A DNA stretch of 64,000 nucleotides from Orbicella franksi (taxonomy: Eukaryota): the NCBI GenBank assembly GCA_964199315.1, contig OZ116709.1, forward strand, positions 5,580,001-5,644,000, in the 5' to 3' direction. The notes beneath the pieces were generated by a model. That model ran no database searches. It saw nothing but the letters and a program-made list of their open reading frames with translations, and was not told the origin of the DNA. The number at the start of each line of letters is the position of its first letter. Within the stretch, counting starts at the first letter, position 1. Positions 48,201 through 61,400 of the stretch are shown one piece after another. The translations under genes were made by a program, and so were the position numbers.

Positions 48201-51200
48201 GCTGGTCATTTCTGTTCGTGGATAAACGACAACAGTGATGACTTTGATTGGCTTTTGAACAGTGGAGAAACAATGACCCAGGAGACTGGGCCTTCAACAG
48301 ATGCAGAAGGGGATGGTAATGAGAGAAAAGATACATTTTCTTTTCCATGAAAATTTGATCAGTTCATGAGAAACATTAAGTTGTTAAAAATAGCTGAAAT
48401 AAGATTCGACCGATATGATACTATCAAATTGGATTATGATTTCTACTTCTTAAAAATTTTGTGGCCATCACTATTTTGATTCATGATCTTTGCAACTTAT
48501 CATATTTTATATACCTCCAATGAAGTTTTTATTTTAAATTTTCATCCCATTATTTCGTGGCTTATCTGAAAACGAAACTCCTAGATAAGCGTGCTGACCA
48601 CTTTAACTATAGGATTGATTGATTAATCGCCAGTGATTGACCGATNNNNNNNNNNNNNNNNNNNNNNNNNNNNNNNNNNNNNNNNNNNNNNNNNNNNNNN
48701 NNNNNNNNNNNNNNNNNNNNNNNNNNNNNNNNNNNNNNNNNNNNNNNNNNNNNNNNNNNNNNNNNNNNNNNNNNNNNNNNNNNNNNNNNNNNNNNNNNNN
48801 NNNNNNNNNNNNNNNNNNNNATTCGTTGGTTGGTTGGTTGGTTGATTGATTGATTGACTGATTGATTGATTGGAGTTTTCAAAACCTCCGGGGGTTTTTC
48901 TTTACTGTAAGTTGTTTCTTCTTAAACCCTCTATTATAAGAATGTGATCAGAACCTACGTTAGAAAGCCAGTATTCTTTGTAAAATTATGGACCTAACCG
49001 AACGGATGCCATCAACATTGCTTATTCTTTAACTCAGTTTTACTCCTATGATTCAGTTCATGTTTTCTATATGTCAAAGTCCATGGATTAGCTCTAATGT
49101 ATGATAAGTGAACAGCGGAAAGGTATGGAGTAGTACTTTTGAGTGTTGTTGCTTCTAATTCGTGATATGTAGAAATATGAATTTGGGATCGAGTTTTGAG
49201 GTTTCATTGTACACCTTCGTGTTAATTGCCTTGTATTTGATAAGGCCCCGTTATCATTTGCGTTTAGCGCCAGAATCAACACAAATAGATTTTAAAACAC
49301 AACTAATATCTTTTACAGGAGGCTACATGTACCTAGAAGCCTCTCTTCACACCATCGGCGAGAAAGCCAGATTACTAAGTGGTTACTTGACCGGGACCCA
49401 GTGCATGCGGTTCAAGTACCACATGATGGGGCCTGGAATCGGCACTCTGAGAGTTCATCAAATAAGTAAAAAAGGTTCAAGACCGAGAGTGGTTTGGTAC
49501 CGAATAGGTAACCAAGGAGAAGACTGGAGGGTAGCGGAATTTAATTTATTTGGGAAATTTTATAAGGTAGGCTTTAGTTTATGGTTCGAAAACTGCATAA
49601 CTGACCAGTGCTCTAACTAGCTGGGCCAAACTTGCTCCGTTGGTTCCGTGGAAAAGATGGTATACGTATGTCCTTCGAAAGACACCGGTGATATTCAGAT
49701 GATATTAATCTTCAACATATCCAATAACCAGGAACGGATTTAGAATACAACGCGAATGGACAAATTTCAACGTATTAAAATTCTAACTTGGCTCCGAGAC
49801 TTGGGGGAATAAAACGAAAGAAACCACATCGAGGATAAGGGATGAATAATTAATTTCTTTTGTCTTATTCCCCCAAGCTTCGGAGCCAAGTTAGAATTTT
49901 ATGATATCGAAATTGGCCTCTTTGGCAGCAAATCGACTCAGTTTCCTACTATACTTCTCAAAGCTTCATGTTCGATCATAATTCTAGCCTTCAGCAAGAG
50001 TTAGCTGTCGTGTAGTTACCATAAAGTAAGAATTTGAGATCGTAGGACTTTCTCATTCTTAACATTTTGAGTGCGAATCAAGGATTTGATTGAGGAAGGC
50101 TCTAGTTTTCCACTTGAACAGATGGACATTGACCTTGTCAATTTGTCAGTACTCGTGACATGAGTATTGCGTGGGCTGTTTCTGTTGCAGATTTCCATTG
50201 AGGGTGTACGGGGTCCCTCGTTTGAGGGGGACATAGCGGTGGATTCGATATCATTCGTTCCAGGAAGATGTATGACAAGAGTCAGCGATGAGGAGATTCA
50301 AGCGGACAGCCACTTAGGTCTAGGTGAGAACTCAACCACTCCTCTTAGAATTTGTTCCACCAGGACAAAACGTTTGTCGCAGACGACTCAGTAGGTTAAG
50401 TTTCTTTCTGTCCTGCTGGAGAAAGGTTTGTTCCAGCGTTCTTAAATAGCGGGACATCAGTACAAAGAAAGCTAACAAAGAGCAAACTAAGGTGATATTG
50501 TCTGCGTTCGGCTTGAGGTACTGATCTTTGTCAGTTAGAAAATCAGATAAGTCGAGTTTATTGACAAATATTCATTTTAGCTTACGGTGACTGTAAACTG
50601 ACATTTTATGATTTGCAAATTTCAGGAGTGTGTTCTTTTGACAAAGGTTTCTGTCAATGGAGAAACGAGGCTAGTGATGACCAGTTTGACTGGTCAGTCA
50701 CGGAAGGTGAAACACCCTCAAAAGGGACAGGACCAATGAAAGGTTTTGGTGGATCAGGTAATCGACTCATTCTTCTTTAATTTGATTTTGTATTGAATAA
50801 GTGTTTCAAACCACACCTCTCAGGGAGTTCCTTCTCGACTCTTCCAACCGCGGTCTTCCAGCCGGGACCTGTTCACAGGCTAACTTGTATGTAATCACAT
50901 AAAACCGACGCAACAAACACACATAACAGGCGCGAATCCATACCAGTTTCTACCTTCTTCATGGGTAACATGGCCAGGACCCTTCTAGGAGCTTGCGCCT
51001 TCCGCCCTCCGTTTATTCGGAAATCGGTCACCATGGCCAGTTATCCTAAATCCGAGCAATAACGCAATTAGCCAATCCGATCTCGAAGCAAAATACCTAC
51101 AAACCAGTATCAAGCGCTAGAAAATCCAGCTATGCCAACGCCATTATTTTAATATATTACATTTTTTGGTCAATTTTCATTTCACTAGGGAAATATGCTT

Positions 51201-52462
51201 TCATTGAGGCTTCATCTCCTCGCAGACCGGGAGACAAAGCCATCTTAAAAATCTACGGTTCTGGCGCGGACCGCTGTTTTTTCTTTGCGTACCACATGTC
51301 AGGCACAGGTATCGGCAGCCTGTCTGTTTACAAACAAGAGCTTGGTAGAGGACTTCTGCCTGCTCTGCTATGGCTCAAGAGCGGAGATCAGGGAGCAGAT
51401 TGGCAAGAGGCTGAAATCAATATCAAGGGAAACAGCCAGTATAAGGTAATCACAATTTCATGACATATCAATTAAGAAGGAATCTACCAGAAGTTCGTAA
51501 AACAAGTGGACAAAAACTTTGAAACGAGATTATTTCATCGTATTGCAAACTTCAGTGCGACTACTTTAAATTACAAGAAATCATTTCTGACAACACGAAG
51601 TACCAAGAACAAATGTTGTGTTAGTGGCGAAATGAAACTGATGATGAAATGTTTGCACAATTTCTCTGAAATTTGAAATTTTCTCATGAGAAATTGTTTA
51701 TGGTGTTATTTCAGGGACCTATTTATATCGTTAGCTTTTAGTAAATGCAAAACGAAGGATTGTAAAATACTTAAAATTATATTGCTGGAAGGTTTCTGTC
51801 CACTAAAAACTGAAATTGCCCGATCTCCCATCGGATTTCGTCTTAACTATCAAAGGCTAGTTATATTGTGATTGACCAGAAACCTGGCAATTTTTGCCCT
51901 GTTATAGAACTTGCAGTGGGTGTCCTATGATCATATAATTGCGTGTAGAAATGGTTTTTAAGATCTGGGTTGAAGGATTTCACCTTTAATCTGCAGTTTA
52001 AAGTATAGGTGTTGTTTACTTCTATGGTAAATAGATATATAACCTTTATTTATTCTCTGTGTTGTCCTGAGATTATTTTTATTATCCCTTGGCCTGGTCA
52101 CAGACTTAATACACAAACGTAACTTATTAGTGAGGGCCTTGATAACATATTCTGGATTCATCTATTTGCTAATGAGCACCCTACCTCATTGATCAGAGAA
52201 CTGCGACTGACGAAATTGACTTTAACAACGGTACTGAGGAGTTTCTTAGCCGCACTCCTCATTTGCCAACTTATCTTTTATGTTCGTTGTTATTGTCTTT
52301 ATTTTACCATTTTAGTTGATGGTGGAGGCCGTTAGAAGTCAAAACTATCGAGGAGACATTGCTATTGACGAAATTGGTTTTACCAAGGGTCTGTGTTTAC
52401 AGCAAAGCCGGAATGAGACTCAAGCGTCAGAACAAAGTAAGAGTGAGACGAGAGCGTCCTAA
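35710..52462 (+). CDS. Secreted protein with five tandem MAM domains (MAMDC2 / MAM-LDL-like but lacking LDLa), ~936 aa
   Basis: Exons 35710-35881 (signal peptide MKVLSWKFTLFTIAFALRA), 40874-41011, 41896-42140, 42462-42618, 43341-43475, 44033-44280, 45157-45277, 45854-45982, 46817-47070, 47665-47830, 48187-48315, 49319-49566, 50191-50323, 50626-50757, 51189-51445, 52316-52462(TAA). Each MAM (CxF..xCxW...DDFDW...TGP / G.Y.Y.E.S...C..F.YHM.G...G.QG..W / GDIA.D.I.F..G.C) is encoded by three exons with 1-1-0-1 phases. Confidence 0.93.
38312..39730. mobile_element. 1.4-kb non-autonomous DNA transposon, ~94-bp TIRs, TAG...CTA termini, 9-bp TSD (AcademH-like; MULE alternative)
   Basis: TIRs 38312-38405 and 39637-39730 are near-perfect inverted copies. 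The direct repeat TATGCAGTG flanks both ends (38303-38311, 39731-39739). Confidence 0.9.
38423..38875 (+). CDS. Transposon-borne C4 zinc-finger (ZAD-like) plus coiled-coil ORF
   Basis: 150-aa ORF inside the TIR element: FKCILCF...~45 aa...ICRQCHVLLKKRNNLQENLEELQKSMRINY. Possible start at the MSLFS ATG. No transposase catalytic motifs seen. Confidence 0.55.
   Translation: MQTNYISCLYSCPRADKGLVNIYSLEFICKSMSLFSPLFKCILCFKEIEKDYGRCLVQSKKKTIFDVNVALANLEFHVYATSEDICRQCHVLLKKRNNLQENLEELQKSMRINYATSLKKVGLVFQPKNSLECANLSSKRLTSLSDLCGS
40378..40782. mobile_element. CCCGGG-ended MITE
   Basis: CCCGGGGAGGCACTCCC ... TACCCCCACCCCCGGG, with internal repeats of TTTTGGTCATAAATAGGGT. Confidence 0.6.
42162..42204. 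repeat. (AAT)~14 microsatellite just downstream of a MAM exon donor
   Basis: Direct reading; it explains the poly-N and poly-I ORFs in the track. Confidence 0.97.
42826..43098. mobile_element. Bipartite palindromic repeat (partial homolog at ~32563-32632)
   Basis: Hairpin GGGAAAATCTCAAAC...CCGTATTGACC / GGTCAATACGG...TTTGAGATTTTCCC, then a tail bounded by TTTATTATATGGCTT / AAGCCATAAAATAAA, with AGCCAATCAGAGCGCG. Confidence 0.8.
48646..48820. other. Assembly gap (175 N) inside a (GATT/GGTT)n microsatellite in a MAM gene intron
   Basis: N run flanked by GATTGATT and GGTTGGTT/GATT repeats. Exon phases on both sides are compatible, so no missing exon is required. Confidence 0.98.
49780..49900. 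mobile_element. Palindromic MITE
   Basis: AAAATTCTAACTTGGCTCCGA..CTTGGGGGAATAA / TTATTCCCCCAAG..TCGGAGCCAAGTTAGAATTTT. Confidence 0.75.
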
Positions 52463-55400
52463 ATTAAAGACCAAGCAGCACAGTGGTTAAGTACAAAACA
52501 AGAAAGAATAATCTGCTTGAGGAAGACCTGAACCGCGTGGATGAACCACAGTACATGACATTTCATTAAATGGAATAACGCGAACACAGTACCGTCAAGG
52601 GCTTTTTGTAATTTTGTTAACAAAGCGGCAATCGTTTTTTTTTTAGAAAAATTCGCTTTTGTGTAGAGAACAAAAACGTACTTGTAAGAATCTGTGGACT
52701 TTTCATTCTTTATACTCGCTCACCCAGTTTCAATGCGCGACTATTGAAAAAAATATTATTATTATTATTATTATTATTAAAACACCAAATAAACTCACAC
52801 CTGTTGTCATCATAACAAGTTGGACATTAAAGACGCTAGTAAATTTGGTAAAGTTACTTGGAGTCATTCTGTTTTATGTATCCAAGCTGGTCTGTGAACA
52901 GAATAGAACTTTTTCTTAACTAATGAAAAGAAGTCGACTTGATAAAAATACGTGGAATCCTTGGAGGTGTGGGGCCAGTCCACAGTTGGTAATCTTGGAA
53001 AAACATATATTCAATTTTAAGTTAAATGTTTAGTTTTTCAGTTGTTAAATTTTAAGTTCTATTAGACTACTTTAATAAGAATTTCTCTTAGTTATGTAGT
53101 TGAGATTGATTTCGTTATTTAATATATATTTAAATTATCGTCCGTTCCTGTGCATTTATTCAAATTAGCTCGAAGCTGGTAAGTATTGAAGATCCATGCT
53201 GAAATAATGTTCAGAAACAAGCAGTACGGCTTAGCTTTACACTAAGTACGATCTTTTTTCCAGCAACGTGTCTAATCAAAGCAAGTGCTACACACCCCCT
53301 TTCACTAACTAAAGTTACTTGACATTAGTCAGTAAATGTACGATCTTTTTATGATGGATCATGGAATGCTGAATGGTATCGAATTAAGCTATATAATTAT
53401 CAAATATATGTTTAGAAATACTTAGAGGAGTGTTAAAACCGTTAGTTGAATGTGAAAACCACGAGATCAATGAAACAGATAGAATTGAAACATGTTATGA
53501 TCTGAAAAGATAGTCATAATGTAAAATAATAATGGATGTAGCACAATTTGTACCGGGTTGTCACTTTATGTATTCTTTCAATTTAAGCTGTGAGCTCTGA
53601 ATTTTAGAGTGATATAACTGGTTATATAAAATGTTACTGGAATAAATTAAACAAGCTGTCATAGCCGTAAATTGCAGCATTAATTAAAACTACCAGTTCT
53701 TGAAGTGGTGGTTATTCTATAACGACTAAGGAATGCGATTCTTAAAGCTATCGCTAACTTTGAAGGGAGCTCTGTCAGCTACCTCGAAAACCCACACAAA
53801 TTTTGATCTCATAAAAACTGACCCTAAACTGATGATGGTCACCATGTGGGTGGAAACTTGAATACCGTAAGGCTTAACTCTTGAAGATTGGTAGCCCGCA
53901 GTGCGGGCGTTTTCCACGTGTTCGCTAACTAGCGATATTAGCTCGCGATCGAGTAAATTCGTCGCCATATTGGCTTAGGTCCGCTTTCAACCTAACTACT
54001 CTGTATATTTTAACTCGTTGTTTGTATTTTGAATCGCCCAACGGGCTCGTCAAAATACGACACAACTAGCAAATATATACAGTAATACCTGACACAAAAA
54101 TTCTAATAAGATGTATATGTTTTTCGAGAGCGAATCCTTATCTCGAGGGATTCAGATGAAGCAAGAGAATCGTGTCCCGCATGGCGTGAATATATTTCAT
54201 GATCCCGAGGGACAGGTGGACTGAATAAAAAGCTTTTTGTCACTTTGGCGAGATTTTCTAAACCAGATAAACAAAAACATTAATTTCCTCAAGAGTAATA
54301 TTTCGAAACATTTCATACATACGATCTAGCGACGGTCATTTTTGTGTGACTAGTATGAATAAACTCAGAAGGTGGCAAATTTTGTTTAATGATAACAGCG
54401 ACTTGGAAGTTGATCTGCTTGGTGGAAACTATTTTCCCCTTCATAGTGGTAAAGAGCACAGAGCCTTTAACAAGTTAATGGAAGCTAATGAGAGATAAGC
54501 TAAGACGTTCGAGGCTGAGGTGTGTTTCCATTCTGGAGAGAAAACCTTTGACGCAGGCTTACAACATCGGAGAATAGAAGGTAACGACTGTTAATCCTAA
54601 ACGTTACTCTATGCTTAAAGAATATTGAGAACAGTAATTGCTCTTATTTCTTACTCAAAAACGAGAAAAACTACTAAAAATGAAGTTCAAGATATTTGCT
54701 TTGCTAGTGTATTACTGAGTAGACACTGTGTTGTCAAAGTTGACGTGTTACTATACTGAAAATGGATGACACTTTCCATCATGTTTATTATGTTTTAAAC
54801 ACCTAATTGGCCGAATGCAAATCTGCGCTCTCGCATTCATCTTTTTTGCAAATTGAGCACGCGCGCAAAATGAGAAGAAAGAGTCACATTCGAAATGTTG
54901 TTTTGAAAAGAGAGAATAAGAAGGACTTCACAGCTTATTTGGCCACTTAAATCATGTGCGATAATATCTTCAGACATTCGTCTTCTCTCTTGTTGCCAGT
55001 AGATCGGTCTTCCTCCTGCTTTTTAAAACAGGAGGAAATATTTAAAAATGTAATAATGATCGTATCATATCCAATGAGAGCGAGTGGAATAAAAAAATAA
55101 AAATAAAAATAAAACATACAGAAAACTAAAATAAAATAGAAATTAAAGACGCCCCAAAAATTACGGAAACGCTTACCATATTTGTGGAGCATGGTATGGG
55201 CTACAGAAAAGTATTCCTCTAGAAACTGAAGGTCGTAAGATTGATTCCAAAGGGTTTCAAAGTTATCGACTATTGCCCAAATTAGTTGTTAATATTTTTA
55301 CTCAATCAAAGCCTTATGTGCTTCATGGCATAAAGAGATATAGGATAGGAGGATAGGATAGGATTTTCGCTCAATCATATTATATACTTTATTAGCATTT

Positions 55401-58400
55401 CCATTTTTTTAGCATTTCGTGATCCCTAGTGTACAGAATAATGACACATGGAAATTTTTATGGCAGTTAAAATGATGCACAGTAATGATCAAGTGATATG
55501 CAAACTCTCGTGTATTTGTTGTTGGTTATATTGAATGAAAGAATGCCACTGATTAAAGTGCTATTCGTGCGTGCGGTCAAGACTAAAAGGATTTCAGGCT
55601 AACCTTTTGACCAAAGTGTATTCAAAAGAAGGAAAACTGTTAGAAGATGAAAGGGGTATTATTATCATAGTCTAATTACTGACATCAGAAATGCATGGTA
55701 GAACATTCCGGAAAAACAACCCAGTTGCTTTATGATTTATCTTTTAACACCTTTTACCTAGATATTCTTTAGTTCAGTTGACTCAGATATGTTTTAGTTC
55801 AATTGCATGGAAAATATGTTGTAGTAAAGTGTACAGTTTATACTTCCTTGTGTAGGAGAAGATGTTTCCTTTCAACCAGACAGGTTGGCTCCAATTTGTG
55901 GCATAGTAATTCGAGGGCACTATTCGATTGATATTCAAGGATATAGTATCTTGATTTCTTCAATGTTTAAATGCACTTTAATGTCTTATTATCATTTTAG
56001 GGACTACTTTCTCTGCCTTTGTTTAATTTACTTTATAACATGTGTCAGAAACTTCACATGTTCAGATTTCAGCTAAACTGAACTTCACCGATGTATCCTT
56101 CTTCAGTTTGACCCTTATAAGTGAAAAGAAATATAGAATATTCTAGAATATAAATATGCAACAAAGTTATGCTTTTCCATTTGGTGTAGCCATCCCAGAT
56201 TCTTATCAGTGTATTTCCTTTCGGGGCCATTTGATAGGCCTTTACCAATTTAAACGGACTTAAGAACATTCTAGAGTGGGAGTACAATGTAAAATCCCCG
56301 GAATTACACATGCATCAAGGTTAATCTTCTTCATTTGGTGCATCCGTCTCATCTCAGTTCTATTAAATCAACAGAGACAAACATGATCTCTTGACAGTGT
56401 TACTCATACAAAAAAAATACAAACATCATCAACAAGACGTTAATTAACTTAGTTTATTAAGTGGTGTGGGTTCTCTGTTGTCAATTTCATATATCTGCTT
56501 GTGTTTCTTTTGCGACCTAATTCATACCTATATGTTTTTTTTTCTCATCTCATGAAGAATTTCAAGTTTTACAACTATCATCACTTACCTATAACAGTTT
56601 TGGTTATCCAAAGACACATGTTCGCCCTTTCAGTCGCTAAGTTAAAATCAAGACGTGTAGGGAATCACTGAAATTTCTTTTCGACGTATGATAAGGCTAT
56701 TTTGTGAGTCATCGCTGTATTGAAAGTCGAACAACTGAATAACAAAGCTACTTCACGGAGTTTGCAATTTGTTAAATGAGTCTTGTGATAGCTCCCTGGT
56801 GGTTGTTTATGCTTTAACTCGTACAATGATTTGTTTTTAAGTGTTTTACCTTATAATGCAATTGCCAACCATTGCCAAAATCATCAAAATTTAATTCTAT
56901 TCAGTTAGGATAAAATAATTAGTTTGATTTCCTCACAGAAAGCCGGAACGATTCTATCTTCAAAATTACCAAGAAGATTGGCAACCCAATGATACCATAC
57001 TTAAGTGTATAATTACGGCTCCACACGCCTCGCTACCGCTTCTTCATTTCTGTTTCAAATTCTATTACAGATGTGACTTACAAATGATTTGATTTTCACA
57101 TTGTCAGTAGTTTTGTTTCAAAATGTTTAAGACATTGCTGACGACTAAAATGCATTTTAACTTTCTGGAAATAAGAATAATCGGTATTTTTTTATGACAA
57201 CAACAAGATTTGACCATGTAGCAAGCGACCTAGAGGCAAACATGTCTGACTTTCCTTTGTCAACCTAAGACTGGCTTTCCACAGAAACCAGCCCTCACTG
57301 GTCCTATTTCTAATCAGCTCGATTCCATGTGAAGATTAGATTAAGTTGCTGCGACGGATGGAAATTATCAGTTTATCAACAGCCTACTCGCTAAATCTTG
57401 TTTAGCTAGCTTCGTTTTCAGCTTTTTCTTAGACTGAATTGCTTTTTGTCTTCCTTAAACATAAAGTCACTTTTTCCAGTGCCTTCGAGGTAAATTATAT
57501 GTTCAAATCGACAACAACGTATCTAGATTAGATTTTCACATGGTTTAGTCTACAGTTAGCAAATCGTTCCTCTACGTACATAACTTGCATTATAATAATG
57601 TATCTTTGTATATCCTGGTCTGGGGAACATTAATCAATCATGAACCCCAAACTGGTAGCGTTTCCAATTCGTAAAACAATATATTGTAACAAAATCTAAT
57701 TCTTTAAGGTGTTCTTGCTCAGACATGTATGCCATGTATAGGCAAACGGACAATGGGCATTTTGTTGGGTAGAGTATGCACTTGCATCTGGCCTCTCAGT
57801 ACAATTTACTGTCAACAGTTAAACGGATCCGGTTGAAATGGAACACAGTCGACTATCTAGATTGTTCGACGACTGACTCGTCTGGAGAATTTTAATTAGA
57901 GCTAGAACCTTCAATAGCACCGTCAGCCTTAGAGCAGAAAGAATTCCCTTACAGTATTCCACTCTGCTCGGTACAAACACGCCCCATAAAACATGGCACG
58001 CCGGTTCCATTTCTTCTCTTTAGATGGGCATTGTCTCAACTAACAAGGGCGTTGATTTTAGAGGTGTGTGTGGCTGGCTCATCTAACTTTGCAGCTTTAC
58101 GAGAGCTAGGATACCGCAAGAATAAAATGATGACTCTATTATTAATATAAAAGGCTTGTTAGAAAAAAAAAACGTCACAGCCGCAATACGAGTTTTCGTT
58201 TACTTTCGACGTCAAGGACCTATCCAAAAGATACACCCAGTATGTAAACTGCAAATTATCGCTTATAGTGGAACAGTTGTATCCAGCAATAATCAGCTGT
58301 CCTTGATCAGTTAGTACATGTACAAACGTGTACTACAGTGTACACCACTTTCAACATGACGCCATATAATAACATCTTCTTTGAGTAAATTTATTCACAG

Positions 58401-61400
58401 AAATGGCAGAGACCTTCAAACTGTAGGTAAAGGTGTTGAAAAAAATAGAATTAAACAGTGGGATCGTTAGATGGTATTTTGAAGTGTCTGTTATCTCTTG
58501 GTCAGATCAGATAGTCCTCCACATATTACCAAGAAACTCATTGCCATCAATTTGCAAATAAAAATGCACATCATTGGCAGTTCTTACCTTAACGACCAAC
58601 AACTGTGCACACTGTACAGAAAAAAGGCAATCATGATAACATGTCAACTTTAAAAGAATGCAACTAAGTAGTAAATGTATATGAGAAGGGGCTCGTATAT
58701 TTGCTTTCGGCTAATAGTTGAACAGTCCTTTTATAAGTGTTATCATTCGGATTACACGTTTTTTGGGAGTATTGACGTTTGTAAAGCACTTGAAGAAAGG
58801 TCTAAGTAATCGCTGATAAAGGCATGAGACGACTTCTGAAAATCAACCTTCATATTCAAAACGGAAAACGAGATTATGATTTTGTCTTTTACCCGGCGTT
58901 GACCTCGGAACTGAGAGAAAACACAAAAAGAGATTTGTGAGAAGTAGATGGAAGCGGAGATGACAAGCTCGGAAAATTCCAAGAGCTGTCACCGACGAAG
59001 AAGGAATAACAATCATGAATGGTCATTCCTCAAAATCAATGTCGATGACAATTTGAAAATCGCTTAATTGCTTTCAACCTTGCTGGCACATCGCAGCGAG
59101 CGGATAATTGTTGTATCACTAAAACAGCAGGTATTTCCTGTAACGGTATATGAATTTCCGAACTTCAACCTACATCATACCACTCGTCTAAATTTGCTTT
59201 TACTGCATGTATATACACATGGAAAATTCAATTTGTCAAAGCTCAATATACAATATAATGGATCATCCAACCAATGCAACTCAATGTAGTTACCTATTAC
59301 TAATGGTAATTCTGTGTAGATGGCTTAATACTGCGCAAAAGTAATGTTATAGCTAGCGAATAAACCTGTGTAACCTGACGATTATCAGCTTTGCTTTCAG
59401 CTTTCGTTAATTCATCAGCCAAACCAGCTTAGTCCGTAAGGCCTTTCTAGCTCCTTCTCCTTTTAAGCCCCTCTTAAGAATGATTCTATAAAGAAGTGTT
59501 ATTGTACACAACAACTGTTTATACTTCACTTGCCAACTGCAGAAATAATTTGAGGAAGCGTACAGTGTAGTTACGCATTGAATACAAGTTAATTTACGTA
59601 TTCATTTGTTTGCTTAGGAATTTAGCAGTTTTGCTCAAACTCTGACGACAACTAGGTATTGTAGAGAGAGCTAGGATGATCATTTTACGTATATATGGAA
59701 ATTAATCACTAGCAGTTTCATAATTGTTAGTATTTCCATCATCCTTCATCGTAAAGCCTTATTGATAAACAAGGAGTTCTTTTGTTGTGCCTTCAGGTTA
59801 TAGACTTCCTGTTAAAAACTTTTGTTCCATTATCGACACCTTCTAAAATTATTAGAGACTTCACTAAAGATTTCACTTTCATTTGACTAACGTTTGGAAT
59901 AACCTTTCTGTCATATGTTTGGAATTAAAAGGAGAAAGCAAAGGCAGAATAAATGTCGGGCTAAATCTGCAACACCCAAGCGGTGTACAATCTCTAATTT
60001 CAGAGTGAAATGCCCTCGTCATAAGTGAGGTCATGTTCTAGAAGTGTCCATGCCTTCTAAAACGCATCCACGGTGATTTATAAGATGATTCGTTTTGGTC
60101 TTATAGCGGGTATATTTCATGTTTTTTTTCATACACATGTAAACAATTTGAAGGTAGCGGTTTACCTTTCGGTTTGATCGAACAATAATAACACGATAAT
60201 TAGCCATGCAAATGCTTAAGTGGGTTTTGACTGCTGTTATTTTGTGGGAACTTTACAAGCCGGATAGAACCCGTGGACAAACTAATTCACCGCGCCTGTG
60301 AAGCGTGCACGGGTTAAGTATTTACTCCGGTGGATAATTGTTAGGCACAAATGCATCTGATATAAATTACAAAAATAAATGAATACCTGTTTCCAATTAA
60401 CGAAAAAACAAAGGAAGCATTTTATTACTCTCATGTTTCTGCAGCATGCAGAAATGCTAAGTAATGCTAATTAGCAAGTATTTCTGCTAATCAGTTAGTA
60501 ATAATGCTAAGTAGTACTCAGTATTGACGCGTGGAAAAACTGATGCGTAATTTTGTTGCAGTAAATGTTTCTTGCGTTAAAAAGTTTTGGTTGGGTAGAA
60601 CATGTTTTTGTTAGGATAAGACGTATTGTCCGGAGACTGACCAGTTGTCGGTGTTCTTATTGTCTTAATATTTAAACGCCGTACATCTTTAATTATGATA
60701 TCATATTTACATCAAATTGAAAGGTCATTCTTTCCGTTACCTAATTCATTTTCGTATGCCATTCATTGAAAACTGATCTGCACAAGCTGCAACTGAAGAA
60801 TGTGGTGGAAATTTTTCTTCTTGAAAATAAATGAAATTGACAAATGCAATCCAAATGTTATTTAAGGTGTACACGGAAATGGCGATTCGTTTTCAGTTTA
60901 ACCATAAACGTTTTAATTCCATGTCCTCAGATCACGACAAGATGTCACTTTTCTAATTTATAGGAAAAATTTAAGAGATAAGAAATTCACAGCCCCAACC
61001 ATTTTGCCTGCGGCCCTTCGTTGCCTTGACAACGTTAGCCGGTCCCATTAGACTGTTTTGACGGATGCTTTATGAGATTTTTCTTAGCACCGATTCAAAA
61101 CATAAATTCATGATGGGTCGATAAGGCAAATTGAACGAATAGAATATTTCTTTGTGGAAATTCCTATTTTTGTAGTGACATTTTCATACGTGTAAGCCGA
61201 CAAATTCAATATACCATAAAGTGCATGTATTACTAAATCGATCCTTTTTCGCGCAGGTTTTCTTTCTTTTCGATTGGACGACATTTAGGTACTTGTGGGA
61301 ACGGTAAAATCACCAGGACTGGATTAGAGAATCTAAGTGCAGCGCCTGTTAGAAATACCCAGCCACTTCCTATTCGATCAAACACACATTCATTAGAATA

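Noticed and set aside
48607-48882. ORFs spanning the N run
   Set aside because: Artefacts of the assembly gap and flanking microsatellite.
56938-57005. Minus-strand YGIIGLPIFLVILK resembling a K2P channel helix
   Set aside because: Weak acceptor, and no pore TxGYG exon found nearby.
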